A DNA stretch of 64,000 nucleotides from an uncultured Nitrospiraceae bacterium (GTDB lineage Bacteria; Nitrospirota; Nitrospiria; Nitrospirales; UBA2166): the NCBI GenBank assembly GCA_964463965.1, contig CAYXED010000004.1:124758-188757 (forward strand), given 5' to 3'. Made by a program: the position numbers and the translations under genes. The notes below the pieces were generated by a model. That model was not told the origin of the DNA, ran no database searches, and saw nothing but the letters and a program-made list of their open reading frames with translations. Below are positions 36,219-45,344 of the stretch, one piece after another; within the stretch, counting starts at the first letter, position 1; each line of letters starts with the position of its first letter.

Positions 36219-39200
36219 ATGCGAAGTAGATGGATTGTGGGTAGATCGCTGTGTATGTGGGCAATTGGAGTGGCCCTTTTGTTGGGCTCGGTGAGTACTG
36301 TCGTAGGGCAGACCTTTACAGCAACTGGGAGTTTGTCATCTTCACGTACTTTCCACACTTCGACTCTTCTGACTGATGGTCGAGTACTTATTGTTGGTGG
36401 TGGAAGTACTGCTACAGCGGAATTATATGATCCAACTATTGCAGGGTTTCTCCAGGCAGGAACTTTGGCAACAGCACGGACGCTTCATAGTGCAACCTTG
36501 TTAATCAATGGTAAGGTGCTTGTTGCGGGTGGTGGAACATCTGGAGCCGCCACAGCTGAACTCTACGATCCCTTAACGGCATCGTTTTCGGTAACGGGTT
36601 CAATGCTTTCTGACCGAAGCAATCATACTGCTACGTTGTTACCAAGTGGTGACGTGTTAATTCTTGGTGGTATGAGTGCAGATGGCCGCGCGCTTGCCAC
36701 AGCGGAGCTTTATGATCCAGATACGGAAACTTTTGTCTCGAGTGGCGTGATGTCTACTGCCCGTATGTTCCATGCGGCGTCGCTACTTTCAGATGGGAGG
36801 GTATTGATTGCTGGAGGTTTTGATAACTCGGGCAGCACCGTTGGCACTGCAGAGGTTTTTGATCCTGTAACACGAACGTTTTCAAGTACAGGAAGCATGA
36901 CGGCAGCACGTAGTAATCACACTGCCACGTTGTTATCAAGTGGACAGGTGGTAGTTGCCGGAGGTTTAGGCACGGGAAGTATTACTTTGAATACGAGTGA
37001 AGTCTATGATCCGACAACAGGATCGTTTACTGCGACAGGAACAATGAGTAGTACTCGAAGTCACCATACAGCAACACGTTTAGCAAATGGGCAAGTGTTG
37101 CTTGTTGGAAGTCTGGAAGGAACAGCTAGCGCAGAAATTTTTGATCCAACGACGTCAACTTTTTCTCCTACTGTTAGTTTAGTCTCTGCACGGTCATTTC
37201 AAGGGGCTACTCTGTTGTTGAGTGGACAGGTGTTAATTACAGGAGGTGGGCAGTCGGGGACGACCGCTGAGCTTTTTGATGCACCTAATGTGTTTGAGCC
37301 TTCAGTTGTTAGCGTGCTTGGTCCGCTTGAAGGAGGATTTACCTCAACAATCAGCAACATGGGTGCAGCACGGCAGAGCCACACAGCCACTCTCTTATCA
37401 AGTGGGGGGGTACTTGTCTCAGGAGGCTTGGGTGGCGGAGGCAGTACTGCGGAGGTGTATGATTCACCTACAGAGAGTTTTGTGCCGGTCGGAAGTATGA
37501 CTACGTCTCGCACAGAACATACGTCAACTGAGTTGCGAGATGGGCGTGTTCTGATTGTTGGCGGTGCAGTTGGTGATGACACACCAGCCGAATTATTTGA
37601 TACTTCGACAGACACCTTTACAGGCACTGGTCTGATGGTCACCGAACGGCGACGGCACACTGCCTCGGCGTTATCAGATGGCCGGGTGTTAATAGCCGGC
37701 GGACGTAGTCAAGATGGCGTGGTGCTTGCATCGTCTGAAATCTATGATCCATCTACGGAATCGTTCGGTGAGGGCGATAGTATGGATGCGGCTAGAAGTT
37801 TGCATACTGCCACGACGCTATCTGATGGGACCATTCTTGTTGTCGGGGGAAATGACTCCGATGGTTTTCCAGTACGAAGTGCTGAAATTTTTGACCCTGT
37901 GACTGGGATATTCTCTTCGACGGGTAGTCTAGGCACTGCGCGTGCTCGCCATACCGCTACATTATTGGAAACCGGTGAGGTTCTTGTGACGGGTGGGGTT
38001 GGTGCTTCAGTAAGTGCAGAGGTCTTCAATCCAAGTACAGGGCAGTTCACTCAGGTTGGCAGTTTGGTAGAGGCAAGAGAAAATCATACTGCAACACGTC
38101 TTTCGAGTGGGCATGTTCTTTTAATCGGTGGAAACTTAAGTCTAGATGCTGAGTTCTACAATCCGTCTACAGCACAGTTTGAGGCGGTTGTGAATATGAT
38201 GACTGATTCTCGTCAAATGCACACGGCAACGTTACTACAAACCGGACGAGTGCTCGTCGCAGGAGGTATTGGAATTCTTGAGACTGCAGAGCTTTTCGCT
38301 CGTAATACGCCTGACGTTAATCTGATAATTACAAAGCTACGCGTTAAACCAAAACAGTCTGGGAACAAGCTAAAGGTTATATTACAAGCTCAAAACTCTG
38401 GTACGGAAGTTGCGGTTGGACCACTGGTAGCTTCCTTGTTCTTGTCGGTAGATGAAATTGTAGATGAGCAGGATGCTCTCCTTCAGACGATTTCTGTCGA
38501 TAGTATTGAGGGTGGGAATCAGGCGAAGCTCAAGTTTAAAGTAAAAGGCCTTGGGAGTATTGGTGGAATGTATGCAGTCGTCAAACTTACTGCTGCTGCT
38601 GGAGAGGAGAATCTTCAGAATAATACAGTCTCAGGGCTTATTGAGGAGTTGCCTCAGTCTGTCATTGTTACTCGTTCTGGAGACGGCTTTGGCACGGTTA
38701 CCAGCAGTCCTGATGGAGTAGCATGTGGAGAAATTTGTATTGCAAGCTTTGCTCCGAACGAAAATTTAGTTTTAACAGCAACAGCTGACCAAGGCTCAAC
38801 CTTTGGAGGATGGGGTGGAGACGAGTGCGACATTTCGTTGATCGCAGAAGACTTCAAGTCTGGAACATGTGAGTTTCTTCCATTGCTCAAGGAGCGGTCA
38901 GTAAATGGGCTCTTTACACTTGACTTCTCGCCAGCCGTAACGCTTGGATTGACCGTGATTGGTTCTGGTAATATTTCGAGTATACCTGGAAACTTGTTAT
39001 GCGGAACGACGGATCAGCCGGTGTGTAATGGTACCTTTGACCAGGGCAGTGTCGTGGTTCTTACGGCAACGCCAGATCCAGGAAATGAATTCATTTCTTG
39101 GAGTGGTGGTGGGTGTGGAGGCGCCGGACTTTGCTCTGTGACTATGGGTCAGAGTCATTCCGTGGTTGCTGAGTTTGCGGTGAGTACAGCCACGACGACA

Positions 39201-40031
39201 CCGACTACAACCACGACGACACCGACCACAACCACGACGACACCGACCACAACCACTGCGTCATTGACCATCACAACAAGTGGTACTGGCACTGGATCGA
39301 TTGTGAGTGTACCTACAGGGATTTCATGTGGTCTGGATTGTACAGAAACGTACACTATTGGAACTAATGTTTCACTAACCGCTACTGCAGCTGCTGGATC
39401 AACTTTCACTGGATGGACGGGTGGAGGCTGTGTCGGAACCGGATTGTGTGTTGTTTCGATGTCAGCGTTGACAACCGTCACAGCCCAATTTACAAGCAGT
39501 GTAGGTACAACCACTAACCTGACGGTGACTGAAATACGGGAAACCGCAGGTGCAGGAACTATCACAGGGACTGGTATCAACTGTGGAAATGGTGGAGTGT
39601 TGACGGACTGTACGCAGACATTCGATACCAACACCAGCGTGGTTCTGACTGCGACTGTAGGTGCGGACACTACCTTTGTCGGATGGGTAGGCGGTGGATG
39701 TTCGGGGACCTCAACGTGTACGGTGACAATGGATCAGAATCAGGAAGTTCGAGCGGTCTTTGAAAAAAATGAGGTCGATGCAACGTCAAGTCTTCTCAAT
39801 AAGACTTTGGGCGTTGGAATGTCAGGTTTAGGCGCTGGGACCGTAACGGGACTCGATATTAATTGTGGTTCTGACTGCGCACAAAAATACCCAGCAGGCT
39901 CAGTAGTTGTTCTGACAGCAACTCCAGGAGCAGGATCCACGTTTGGTGGCTGGAGTGGGCAGTGTAGCGGCCTAGATCAGTGTGTTGTCATCATGGACGC
40001 TTCTGCAATTGTCAACGCAGTATTTAATTAG
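36219..40031 (+). CDS. Large secreted Kelch (14 repeats) + CARDB-like + InlB B-repeat (x5) protein with Thr-rich linker
   Basis: Signal peptide; 14 R..H[TS]ATLL..G.VL..GG-type repeats; five LTAT...F.GW.G.C repeats; RBS AGGAGG. Confidence 0.9.
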   Translation: MRSRWIVGRSLCMWAIGVALLLGSVSTVVGQTFTATGSLSSSRTFHTSTLLTDGRVLIVGGGSTATAELYDPTIAGFLQAGTLATARTLHSATLLINGKVLVAGGGTSGAATAELYDPLTASFSVTGSMLSDRSNHTATLLPSGDVLILGGMSADGRALATAELYDPDTETFVSSGVMSTARMFHAASLLSDGRVLIAGGFDNSGSTVGTAEVFDPVTRTFSSTGSMTAARSNHTATLLSSGQVVVAGGLGTGSITLNTSEVYDPTTGSFTATGTMSSTRSHHTATRLANGQVLLVGSLEGTASAEIFDPTTSTFSPTVSLVSARSFQGATLLLSGQVLITGGGQSGTTAELFDAPNVFEPSVVSVLGPLEGGFTSTISNMGAARQSHTATLLSSGGVLVSGGLGGGGSTAEVYDSPTESFVPVGSMTTSRTEHTSTELRDGRVLIVGGAVGDDTPAELFDTSTDTFTGTGLMVTERRRHTASALSDGRVLIAGGRSQDGVVLASSEIYDPSTESFGEGDSMDAARSLHTATTLSDGTILVVGGNDSDGFPVRSAEIFDPVTGIFSSTGSLGTARARHTATLLETGEVLVTGGVGASVSAEVFNPSTGQFTQVGSLVEARENHTATRLSSGHVLLIGGNLSLDAEFYNPSTAQFEAVVNMMTDSRQMHTATLLQTGRVLVAGGIGILETAELFARNTPDVNLIITKLRVKPKQSGNKLKVILQAQNSGTEVAVGPLVASLFLSVDEIVDEQDALLQTISVDSIEGGNQAKLKFKVKGLGSIGGMYAVVKLTAAAGEENLQNNTVSGLIEELPQSVIVTRSGDGFGTVTSSPDGVACGEICIASFAPNENLVLTATADQGSTFGGWGGDECDISLIAEDFKSGTCEFLPLLKERSVNGLFTLDFSPAVTLGLTVIGSGNISSIPGNLLCGTTDQPVCNGTFDQGSVVVLTATPDPGNEFISWSGGGCGGAGLCSVTMGQSHSVVAEFAVSTATTTPTTTTTTPTTTTTTPTTTTASLTITTSGTGTGSIVSVPTGISCGLDCTETYTIGTNVSLTATAAAGSTFTGWTGGGCVGTGLCVVSMSALTTVTAQFTSSVGTTTNLTVTEIRETAGAGTITGTGINCGNGGVLTDCTQTFDTNTSVVLTATVGADTTFVGWVGGGCSGTSTCTVTMDQNQEVRAVFEKNEVDATSSLLNKTLGVGMSGLGAGTVTGLDINCGSDCAQKYPAGSVVVLTATPGAGSTFGGWSGQCSGLDQCVVIMDASAIVNAVFN
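39190..39256 (+). repeat. 21-bp tandem repeat (3+ copies) encoding a TTTPTTT linker
   Basis: CCACGACGACACCGAC(T/C)ACAA x3 + CCAC. Confidence 0.92.
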
Positions 40032-40054
40032 TTTTTATTAGGTATTACCCTTCC

Positions 40055-40102
40055 TACGTTGTGGGTGGAGCCTGCTAATGCTCTGCCTACAACGTAATTT
40101 TT
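40055..40102. terminator. Probable terminator between convergent genes
   Basis: 17-bp stem TACGTTGTGGGTGGAGC/GCTCTGCCTACAACGTA with G-U pairs, then ATTTTT. Confidence 0.7.
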
Positions 40103-40174
40103 CCTGAAAAATTTTATGCGTGTTCTCTGCAGTCTTTTGTTTTGTCTAAAGGGTTTCAGGGGGGGTAGAATTGA

Positions 40175-40609
40175 CTATGCCATCCTGTTCCAGAGTGCTT
40201 GTACAATTTGCTCCTGTCCAGCGAATAGGCCTTGCGGGGTGGTCAGTGTGAGTTGAGTACCAGAAAATTCAAAAAATCGTGTTTGCGTCGTTCCCACCCA
40301 GTTTGGAAGTAAACTACATTCCAAAATATGAGAGATGGTTTTCTCCTTCACGTTTACAACATAAGTGCCGCAGTAGGCAATATAGCCTGCAAAGGCGCTT
40401 TGAATTTCCTCTGCACTTCCGATCAATGGATCTCCAGAGGAAAATCTAGGACGTTCCCGACGCATCACGTGTCCTGACATATGCCCGGATGCGTCATACA
40501 TAATCATTCCAATAGGATCATGCCCCAATGGTTGAGTCACCATGCCGTTTGAGCGTACAAATTCAAACGAGATAAGGTTCCAGGTTCCAATAAACTGGTC
40601 TTGTCCCAT
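40175..40609 (-). CDS. Lipocalin-like domain protein
   Basis: FIGTWNLISFE, GMIMYDASGHMS, YIAYCGTY, PNWVG pattern. Confidence 0.8.
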   Translation of the reverse strand: MGQDQFIGTWNLISFEFVRSNGMVTQPLGHDPIGMIMYDASGHMSGHVMRRERPRFSSGDPLIGSAEEIQSAFAGYIAYCGTYVVNVKEKTISHILECSLLPNWVGTTQTRFFEFSGTQLTLTTPQGLFAGQEQIVQALWNRMA

Positions 40610-40626
40610 AATGCTCCTTCGAGTTT

Positions 40627-41310
40627 TTATGTTTTAGATTGTTGAGATAATAATTTGGTCTTGCCTTCAAAGGTACATAAGTCATCAATAATACATGTTG
40701 AGCAGGCGGGGGTTCGTGCCTTACAGGTATAGCGCCCGTGCAATATGAGCCAATGATGGGCATGATGTTTCCATTTTTTTGGAATGATCATTTCGAGTCC
40801 ATGCTCTACCTCAAGAGGGGTTTTCCCAAGCGCGAGCCCAGTACGGTTACTGACACGAAAAATATGGGTGTCCACAGCAATTGTTGGAAGTCCAAAAGCG
40901 GAGTTTAAAACCACATTAGCTGTTTTCCTTCCTACGCCTGGAAGGCTCTCAAGGGCCTCACGTGTATGAGGAATTTTTCCATTATATTGTTCAACAAGAA
41001 TATGACTCAGGGCGATGATATTTTTTGATTTGGTATTATATAGGCCAATTGTTTTCACATACTCTCGAAGTCGTTGCTCACCCAATTGAAGCATTTTTTT
41101 GGGTGTATTCGCGACCTTAAATAATGCAGGTGTTGCTTTGTTTACTCCCACGTCCGTTGCTTGTGCAGATAATACGACTGCTATAAGAAGGGTGTAAGGG
41201 TTGAGGTAGTGCAGCTCAGTTTGTGGAGAAGGATTTTGACGAGATAGACGAAGAAATATTTCATTGGCTGCAGTTGGTGGGATTGAGGTTGTCGAGTTAA
41301 TGGTGGGCAC
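40627..41310 (-). CDS. nth: Endonuclease III
   Basis: LSAQATD, LPGVGRKTANVV, AVDTH, C-x6-C-x2-C-x5-C cluster motif. Confidence 0.95.
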   Translation of the reverse strand: MPTINSTTSIPPTAANEIFLRLSRQNPSPQTELHYLNPYTLLIAVVLSAQATDVGVNKATPALFKVANTPKKMLQLGEQRLREYVKTIGLYNTKSKNIIALSHILVEQYNGKIPHTREALESLPGVGRKTANVVLNSAFGLPTIAVDTHIFRVSNRTGLALGKTPLEVEHGLEMIIPKKWKHHAHHWLILHGRYTCKARTPACSTCIIDDLCTFEGKTKLLSQQSKT

Positions 41311-41325
41311 GAGCCGCTTTCTGCT

Positions 41326-42774
41326 CTAATATGCTCGAGCAAAAATTGCGGTTTGTGTCGCAGGTTTGCCTGTCACAATACATGGCCCTGGATTTGGTAT
41401 ATCCTCGTTGAACAAAAGACATCGGAGCGTTGCTTTAGTTTCTTCTTGAATGCGTTCTTCATCAGCGGTAGTCCCGGACCAAGGAACATAAAGAAGTCCC
41501 CCTCGCTCATTCAAAATTTCTTGGAAGTTTTTATAGGAAGTGGGGTAATGACTATTTTCAGTTTGCCGTTGTAAGGCTTGTTGCTTGAGGTTGAACTGTA
41601 TGTCTTCAAGAAGTGTTTTGGCTTCTTCAGCAACGGCAGCCATTGGGACGCCAAGGCGTTTTCCTTCTTTGCCTGGACGGTCACGACGTGCAAATACTAC
41701 GCTTTGCTGTTGCACATCTCGTGGGCCAATTTCAACTCGAACTGGAACACCTCGCATCTCCCAATCGTTAAACTTAAATCCTGGAGTTTGATCATCTCTA
41801 AGGTCAATTTTGACTCGAATGTTATTGTCATGGAGAGTGGTTTTGACGCGCTCAGCAGCCTCTAATACGGAAGTTTTCTCGCTTTCTTTTCTCCAAATTG
41901 GGACGACAATTACTTGAATAGGGGCAAGTCGTGGAGGAAGACGGAGGCCTTGGTCGTCACCGTGTGCCATGATAATTGCCCCAACAAGTCGTGTGCTGAC
42001 TCCCCAGCTTGTTGTGTGACAAAATTGGCTGACATTGTTTTGATCTAAAAAGCTAATATTAAATGCCTCTGAAAATTTTGTTCCAAGATAATGACTGGTG
42101 CCCATTTGAAGTGCCCAGCCATTACCCATCATGGCCTCAATTGTATAGCTGTCTACTGCGCCAGCAAATTTCTCACGTTCGCTTTTAACTCCTTTGATTA
42201 CGGGGATAGCGGCGTCGTTTTCTGAAAAATCCTTGTAGACGTTTAACATGCGCAGTGTTTCTTCTCTGGCCTCTTCTTCTGTGGCATGTGCGGTGTGACC
42301 TTCTTGCCACAGAAATTCCATTGTACGTAAGAAAGGACGAGTGCGCATTTCCCAACGTACAACATTTGCCCATTGATTAATTAATAACGGCAAATCACGA
42401 TAGGATTGAATCCATTTTGCATAAGTATGGCCGATAATTGTTTCTGAAGTTGGACGGACGACCAAGGGCTCTTCTAGGGTGGTGCCTCCACCTATTGTCA
42501 CAACGGCAAGTTCGGGAGCAAACCCTTCAACGTGTTCAGCTTCTTTTTGAAGGAAGCTCATCGGGATGAAGAGCGGAAAATAGGCGTTTACGTGGCCGGT
42601 TTCTTTAAAACGACGGTCAAGACCAGCCTGCATGGCTTCCCAGAGTGTGTACCCATATGGACGGATGACCATTGATCCTCGAACGGGGGAGCTTTCTGCA
42701 AGCTCTGCCTCACGAATTACATCCAAATACCAACGCGAGTAGTCCTCTTTCTGGGGAGTTATTTTATCTGACAT
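41326..42774 (-). CDS. proS: Proline--tRNA ligase (archaeal/eukaryote-type)
   Basis: RPTSE, NQWANVVRWEMRTRPFLRTMEFLWQEGHT, GTSHYLG, WGVSTR. Confidence 0.95.
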   Translation of the reverse strand: MSDKITPQKEDYSRWYLDVIREAELAESSPVRGSMVIRPYGYTLWEAMQAGLDRRFKETGHVNAYFPLFIPMSFLQKEAEHVEGFAPELAVVTIGGGTTLEEPLVVRPTSETIIGHTYAKWIQSYRDLPLLINQWANVVRWEMRTRPFLRTMEFLWQEGHTAHATEEEAREETLRMLNVYKDFSENDAAIPVIKGVKSEREKFAGAVDSYTIEAMMGNGWALQMGTSHYLGTKFSEAFNISFLDQNNVSQFCHTTSWGVSTRLVGAIIMAHGDDQGLRLPPRLAPIQVIVVPIWRKESEKTSVLEAAERVKTTLHDNNIRVKIDLRDDQTPGFKFNDWEMRGVPVRVEIGPRDVQQQSVVFARRDRPGKEGKRLGVPMAAVAEEAKTLLEDIQFNLKQQALQRQTENSHYPTSYKNFQEILNERGGLLYVPWSGTTADEERIQEETKATLRCLLFNEDIPNPGPCIVTGKPATQTAIFARAY

Positions 42775-42792
42775 ATACCAAGCTCTTCATTG

Positions 42793-43326
42793 TTAGCCAC
42801 TGCTCCTCTTTTGGTAGGCTAAGACACGTTCAATAAATTTAGTCCTTACAGATTGCTGTTTCAGATAGTTTTCATCTTCAATAGGTAGCGAAGGGAAAGA
42901 TTTGAGGACTGCCGAAGCAAATAATCCAGTAGCCTTTTCTGATGAATTATCTGATCTGTGCACGAGTGCATCGTCTACAGCGCATGACGGTGATCGCGCT
43001 TTAAAAATAAAACCGTGAATTCTATTTTTGAGGAGATGCCTGATATGAGAGTCAGAAAATTTTAAGATCATAGGCGTTACATCTGTCCTTGCAGTAGACA
43101 TTATTAAGCGAAGACCATTCGTGGTTTCTATTAGGTCAAGTGTTTCTCGTGGTATACCCAAACCTGATTCAAATTCAGGACATACCGGCACCCATTGGAA
43201 GTATGGTCCCAGCTCTTCTGCAATTGTTTGATTGTACTTGTGCTTCCCATCGTATCGTACAGGTTCTCCAAGTAAGCATTTGCTGATCCCTACTCGGGGA
43301 CGTGTTAGTAAATTACTAGAGTACAC
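42793..43326 (-). CDS. DUF523 / TudS-like protein
   Basis: GISKCLLGEPVRYDG, PVCPE, KARSPSC, GLFA. Confidence 0.85.
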   Translation of the reverse strand: MYSSNLLTRPRVGISKCLLGEPVRYDGKHKYNQTIAEELGPYFQWVPVCPEFESGLGIPRETLDLIETTNGLRLIMSTARTDVTPMILKFSDSHIRHLLKNRIHGFIFKARSPSCAVDDALVHRSDNSSEKATGLFASAVLKSFPSLPIEDENYLKQQSVRTKFIERVLAYQKRSSG

Positions 43327-43361
43327 AGTTTTTGACTAGATCAAAACGTGATTGAAACATA

Positions 43362-43505
43362 TCACCAGTCGTTTTTAAAATTCTTTTTTATGCGTTTGGT
43401 GTCAAAATAACGATACACTCGTACCCCAAGTGGAATAGCAATGATTAGTACGACAGTTGCTATCATGAAAAACTCTTCTTCCGAAACTCCAAAAAATGCA
43501 TACAT
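43362..43505 (-). CDS. 47-aa single-TM small protein
   Basis: Not in ORF track. Starts 3 nt after the queC stop: MYAFFGVSEEEFFMIATVVLIIAIPLGVRVYRYFDTKRIKKNFKNDW*. Confidence 0.65.
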   Translation of the reverse strand: MYAFFGVSEEEFFMIATVVLIIAIPLGVRVYRYFDTKRIKKNFKNDW

Positions 43506-43508
43506 GAG

Positions 43509-44207
43509 CTATTGGTCCTCCAATGCTGGATCAAGAATGTCGGCACCCTGAAAGCCTTTTTTTCTGAGAAGGCAGCTGTCACATTCTCCGCATGGTTTGT
43601 CTTGAGGGGATGGATCATAACAGCTATGAGTCAATTCAAATTTTACGCCGAGTTCAATGCCCTTCCGAATGATTTCTGTTTTAGTTAGTTGCAGAAGGGG
43701 AGCATAAACAGTGATGGGCCTACCCTCTACTCCCTGTTTTGTACCAAGATGGGCCATTTTGTTGAAGGCATCTAAAAACTCTGGACGACAATCTGGGTAT
43801 CCTGCATAGTCGAGTACATTAGCGCCAAAAAAGATAGCTGGCGCTCCTAATGACTCCGCCCATGCCAAGGCGATAGAAAGAAAGACTGTGTTACGTGCAG
43901 GTACATAAGTGGAAGGTATATTCTTTCCAACATTTTCTACAGTACTATTTTTGGGTACTGGGATTGATGTTGTGAGTGCAGAGTGTCCGATGGTTTGAAA
44001 ATCAATATCTAAAATTAATGAAGAAGCAGCATTGAGACTTGATGCAACTTTTTTAGCACAGGAAATCTCAGCGCTATGTCGTTGGCCATAGTTCAAAATG
44101 AGACAATGACATTCATACCCGTCAGCAATCGCAATTGCGGCAGTGACTGCAGAATCGAGCCCACCACTCGTAAGAACTACAGCTTTTTTTTGTTCTGGTG
44201 GAATCAT
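43509..44207 (-). CDS. queC: 7-cyano-7-deazaguanine synthase
   Basis: SGGLDS, YGQRH, TYVPARN, GYPDCRPEF, SCY...CGECDSC. Confidence 0.96.
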   Translation of the reverse strand: MIPPEQKKAVVLTSGGLDSAVTAAIAIADGYECHCLILNYGQRHSAEISCAKKVASSLNAASSLILDIDFQTIGHSALTTSIPVPKNSTVENVGKNIPSTYVPARNTVFLSIALAWAESLGAPAIFFGANVLDYAGYPDCRPEFLDAFNKMAHLGTKQGVEGRPITVYAPLLQLTKTEIIRKGIELGVKFELTHSCYDPSPQDKPCGECDSCLLRKKGFQGADILDPALEDQ

Positions 44208-45283
44208 TGGAAAGGACGCTCGCCGAGTTCAATGTTTACTTGTTGTTTTTTCTTCCCTCTAATAATGGTAAAAAGTACCGTATTGCCAGGTTTGTGATGT
44301 CGAATTTCACGACTAAGCTCTTCAACTGAAGTGACAGGAGTTTCAGCAATGTGTGTGATAATGTCTCCCCCTATGATTAGAATAGAGTTTCCAATACGTA
44401 CTTGTCGAGTTCCACCGCGAAGTCCCGCCTTTTCTGCTGGGCCATCTTTCACTACACGGACGAGTAAAACGCCTTCTTGAACCGGAAGACGTAACGCCTG
44501 AGCAAAACGTGGGAACAAAGTCTGCATTTCTATGCCCATCCACGGATAGGATACATATCCCTTATTAATTAGCTCTGCAATGATTCGTTGTGCGGTATGT
44601 ATAGGGATGGCAAATCCTATTCCGACGCTTCCTCCAGAGGGCGTAAAAATTGCTGTGTTGATTCCAATCAACTCCCCTGAGGAATTGAGTAATGGGCCTC
44701 CAGAGTTTCCAGGGTTGATAGCAGCATCAGTTTGTATTACATTCTCTAACTCAACTCCACCAGCCTGTAAGGTTTTACGAATTGAGCTCACGACTCCTGT
44801 GGTTAGCGTTTGCTCCAGACCAAAGGGATTACCAATGGCAAGTACTTTTTGTCCGGTTTTGAGAAAACGGGAATCTCCAATTGGAGCGACAGAGAGACGA
44901 TTATGGGGAGCATTAATGCGAAGTATTGCGAGGTCGCTTAGGGGGTCTGTGCCTACGAGTTCCGCATCCCACTGGGTTCCATCAGAGAGGGTAACGTCAA
45001 GTCGTTGAGCTCCCTGTACAACATGGTAGTTGGTTACGATGTGTCCGTTGAGGTCGATGATTGATCCAGAACCAGATCCCTCTTGTGGGATAGGAGTCAT
45101 AAAAAAGTCATACGATACTGATCGGCTGATGATGTTTACAACCGTAGACTTGGCCTTTTCGTATACGTGAATAGTGTTTTCTTCATCTTTTGTGTGGGCA
45201 ATTGAAAACTGTGGAACCACTGTAAGTACAATTACAGCAAGTAAAGTCCATGTCGGGGTGTATGCTAATTTCAGGGCATTCAT
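44204..45283 (-). CDS. HtrA/DegP-family serine protease with one PDZ domain
   Basis: GSGS, VTNYHVV, DLAIL, IQTDAAINPGNSGGPL (intact triad). Confidence 0.93.
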   Translation of the reverse strand: MNALKLAYTPTWTLLAVIVLTVVPQFSIAHTKDEENTIHVYEKAKSTVVNIISRSVSYDFFMTPIPQEGSGSGSIIDLNGHIVTNYHVVQGAQRLDVTLSDGTQWDAELVGTDPLSDLAILRINAPHNRLSVAPIGDSRFLKTGQKVLAIGNPFGLEQTLTTGVVSSIRKTLQAGGVELENVIQTDAAINPGNSGGPLLNSSGELIGINTAIFTPSGGSVGIGFAIPIHTAQRIIAELINKGYVSYPWMGIEMQTLFPRFAQALRLPVQEGVLLVRVVKDGPAEKAGLRGGTRQVRIGNSILIIGGDIITHIAETPVTSVEELSREIRHHKPGNTVLFTIIRGKKKQQVNIELGERPFQ

Positions 45284-45344
45284 GTCTTGTGTTTTATGTG
45301 TCAGGTTGAATGGTGCATAAAGGGTCTCTGAGTCAGCCTTTCAA

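Noticed and set aside
25199-40170. Integrative element with att sites at tRNA-Gln
   Set aside because: No integrase and no repeat of the tRNA 3' end found by eye.
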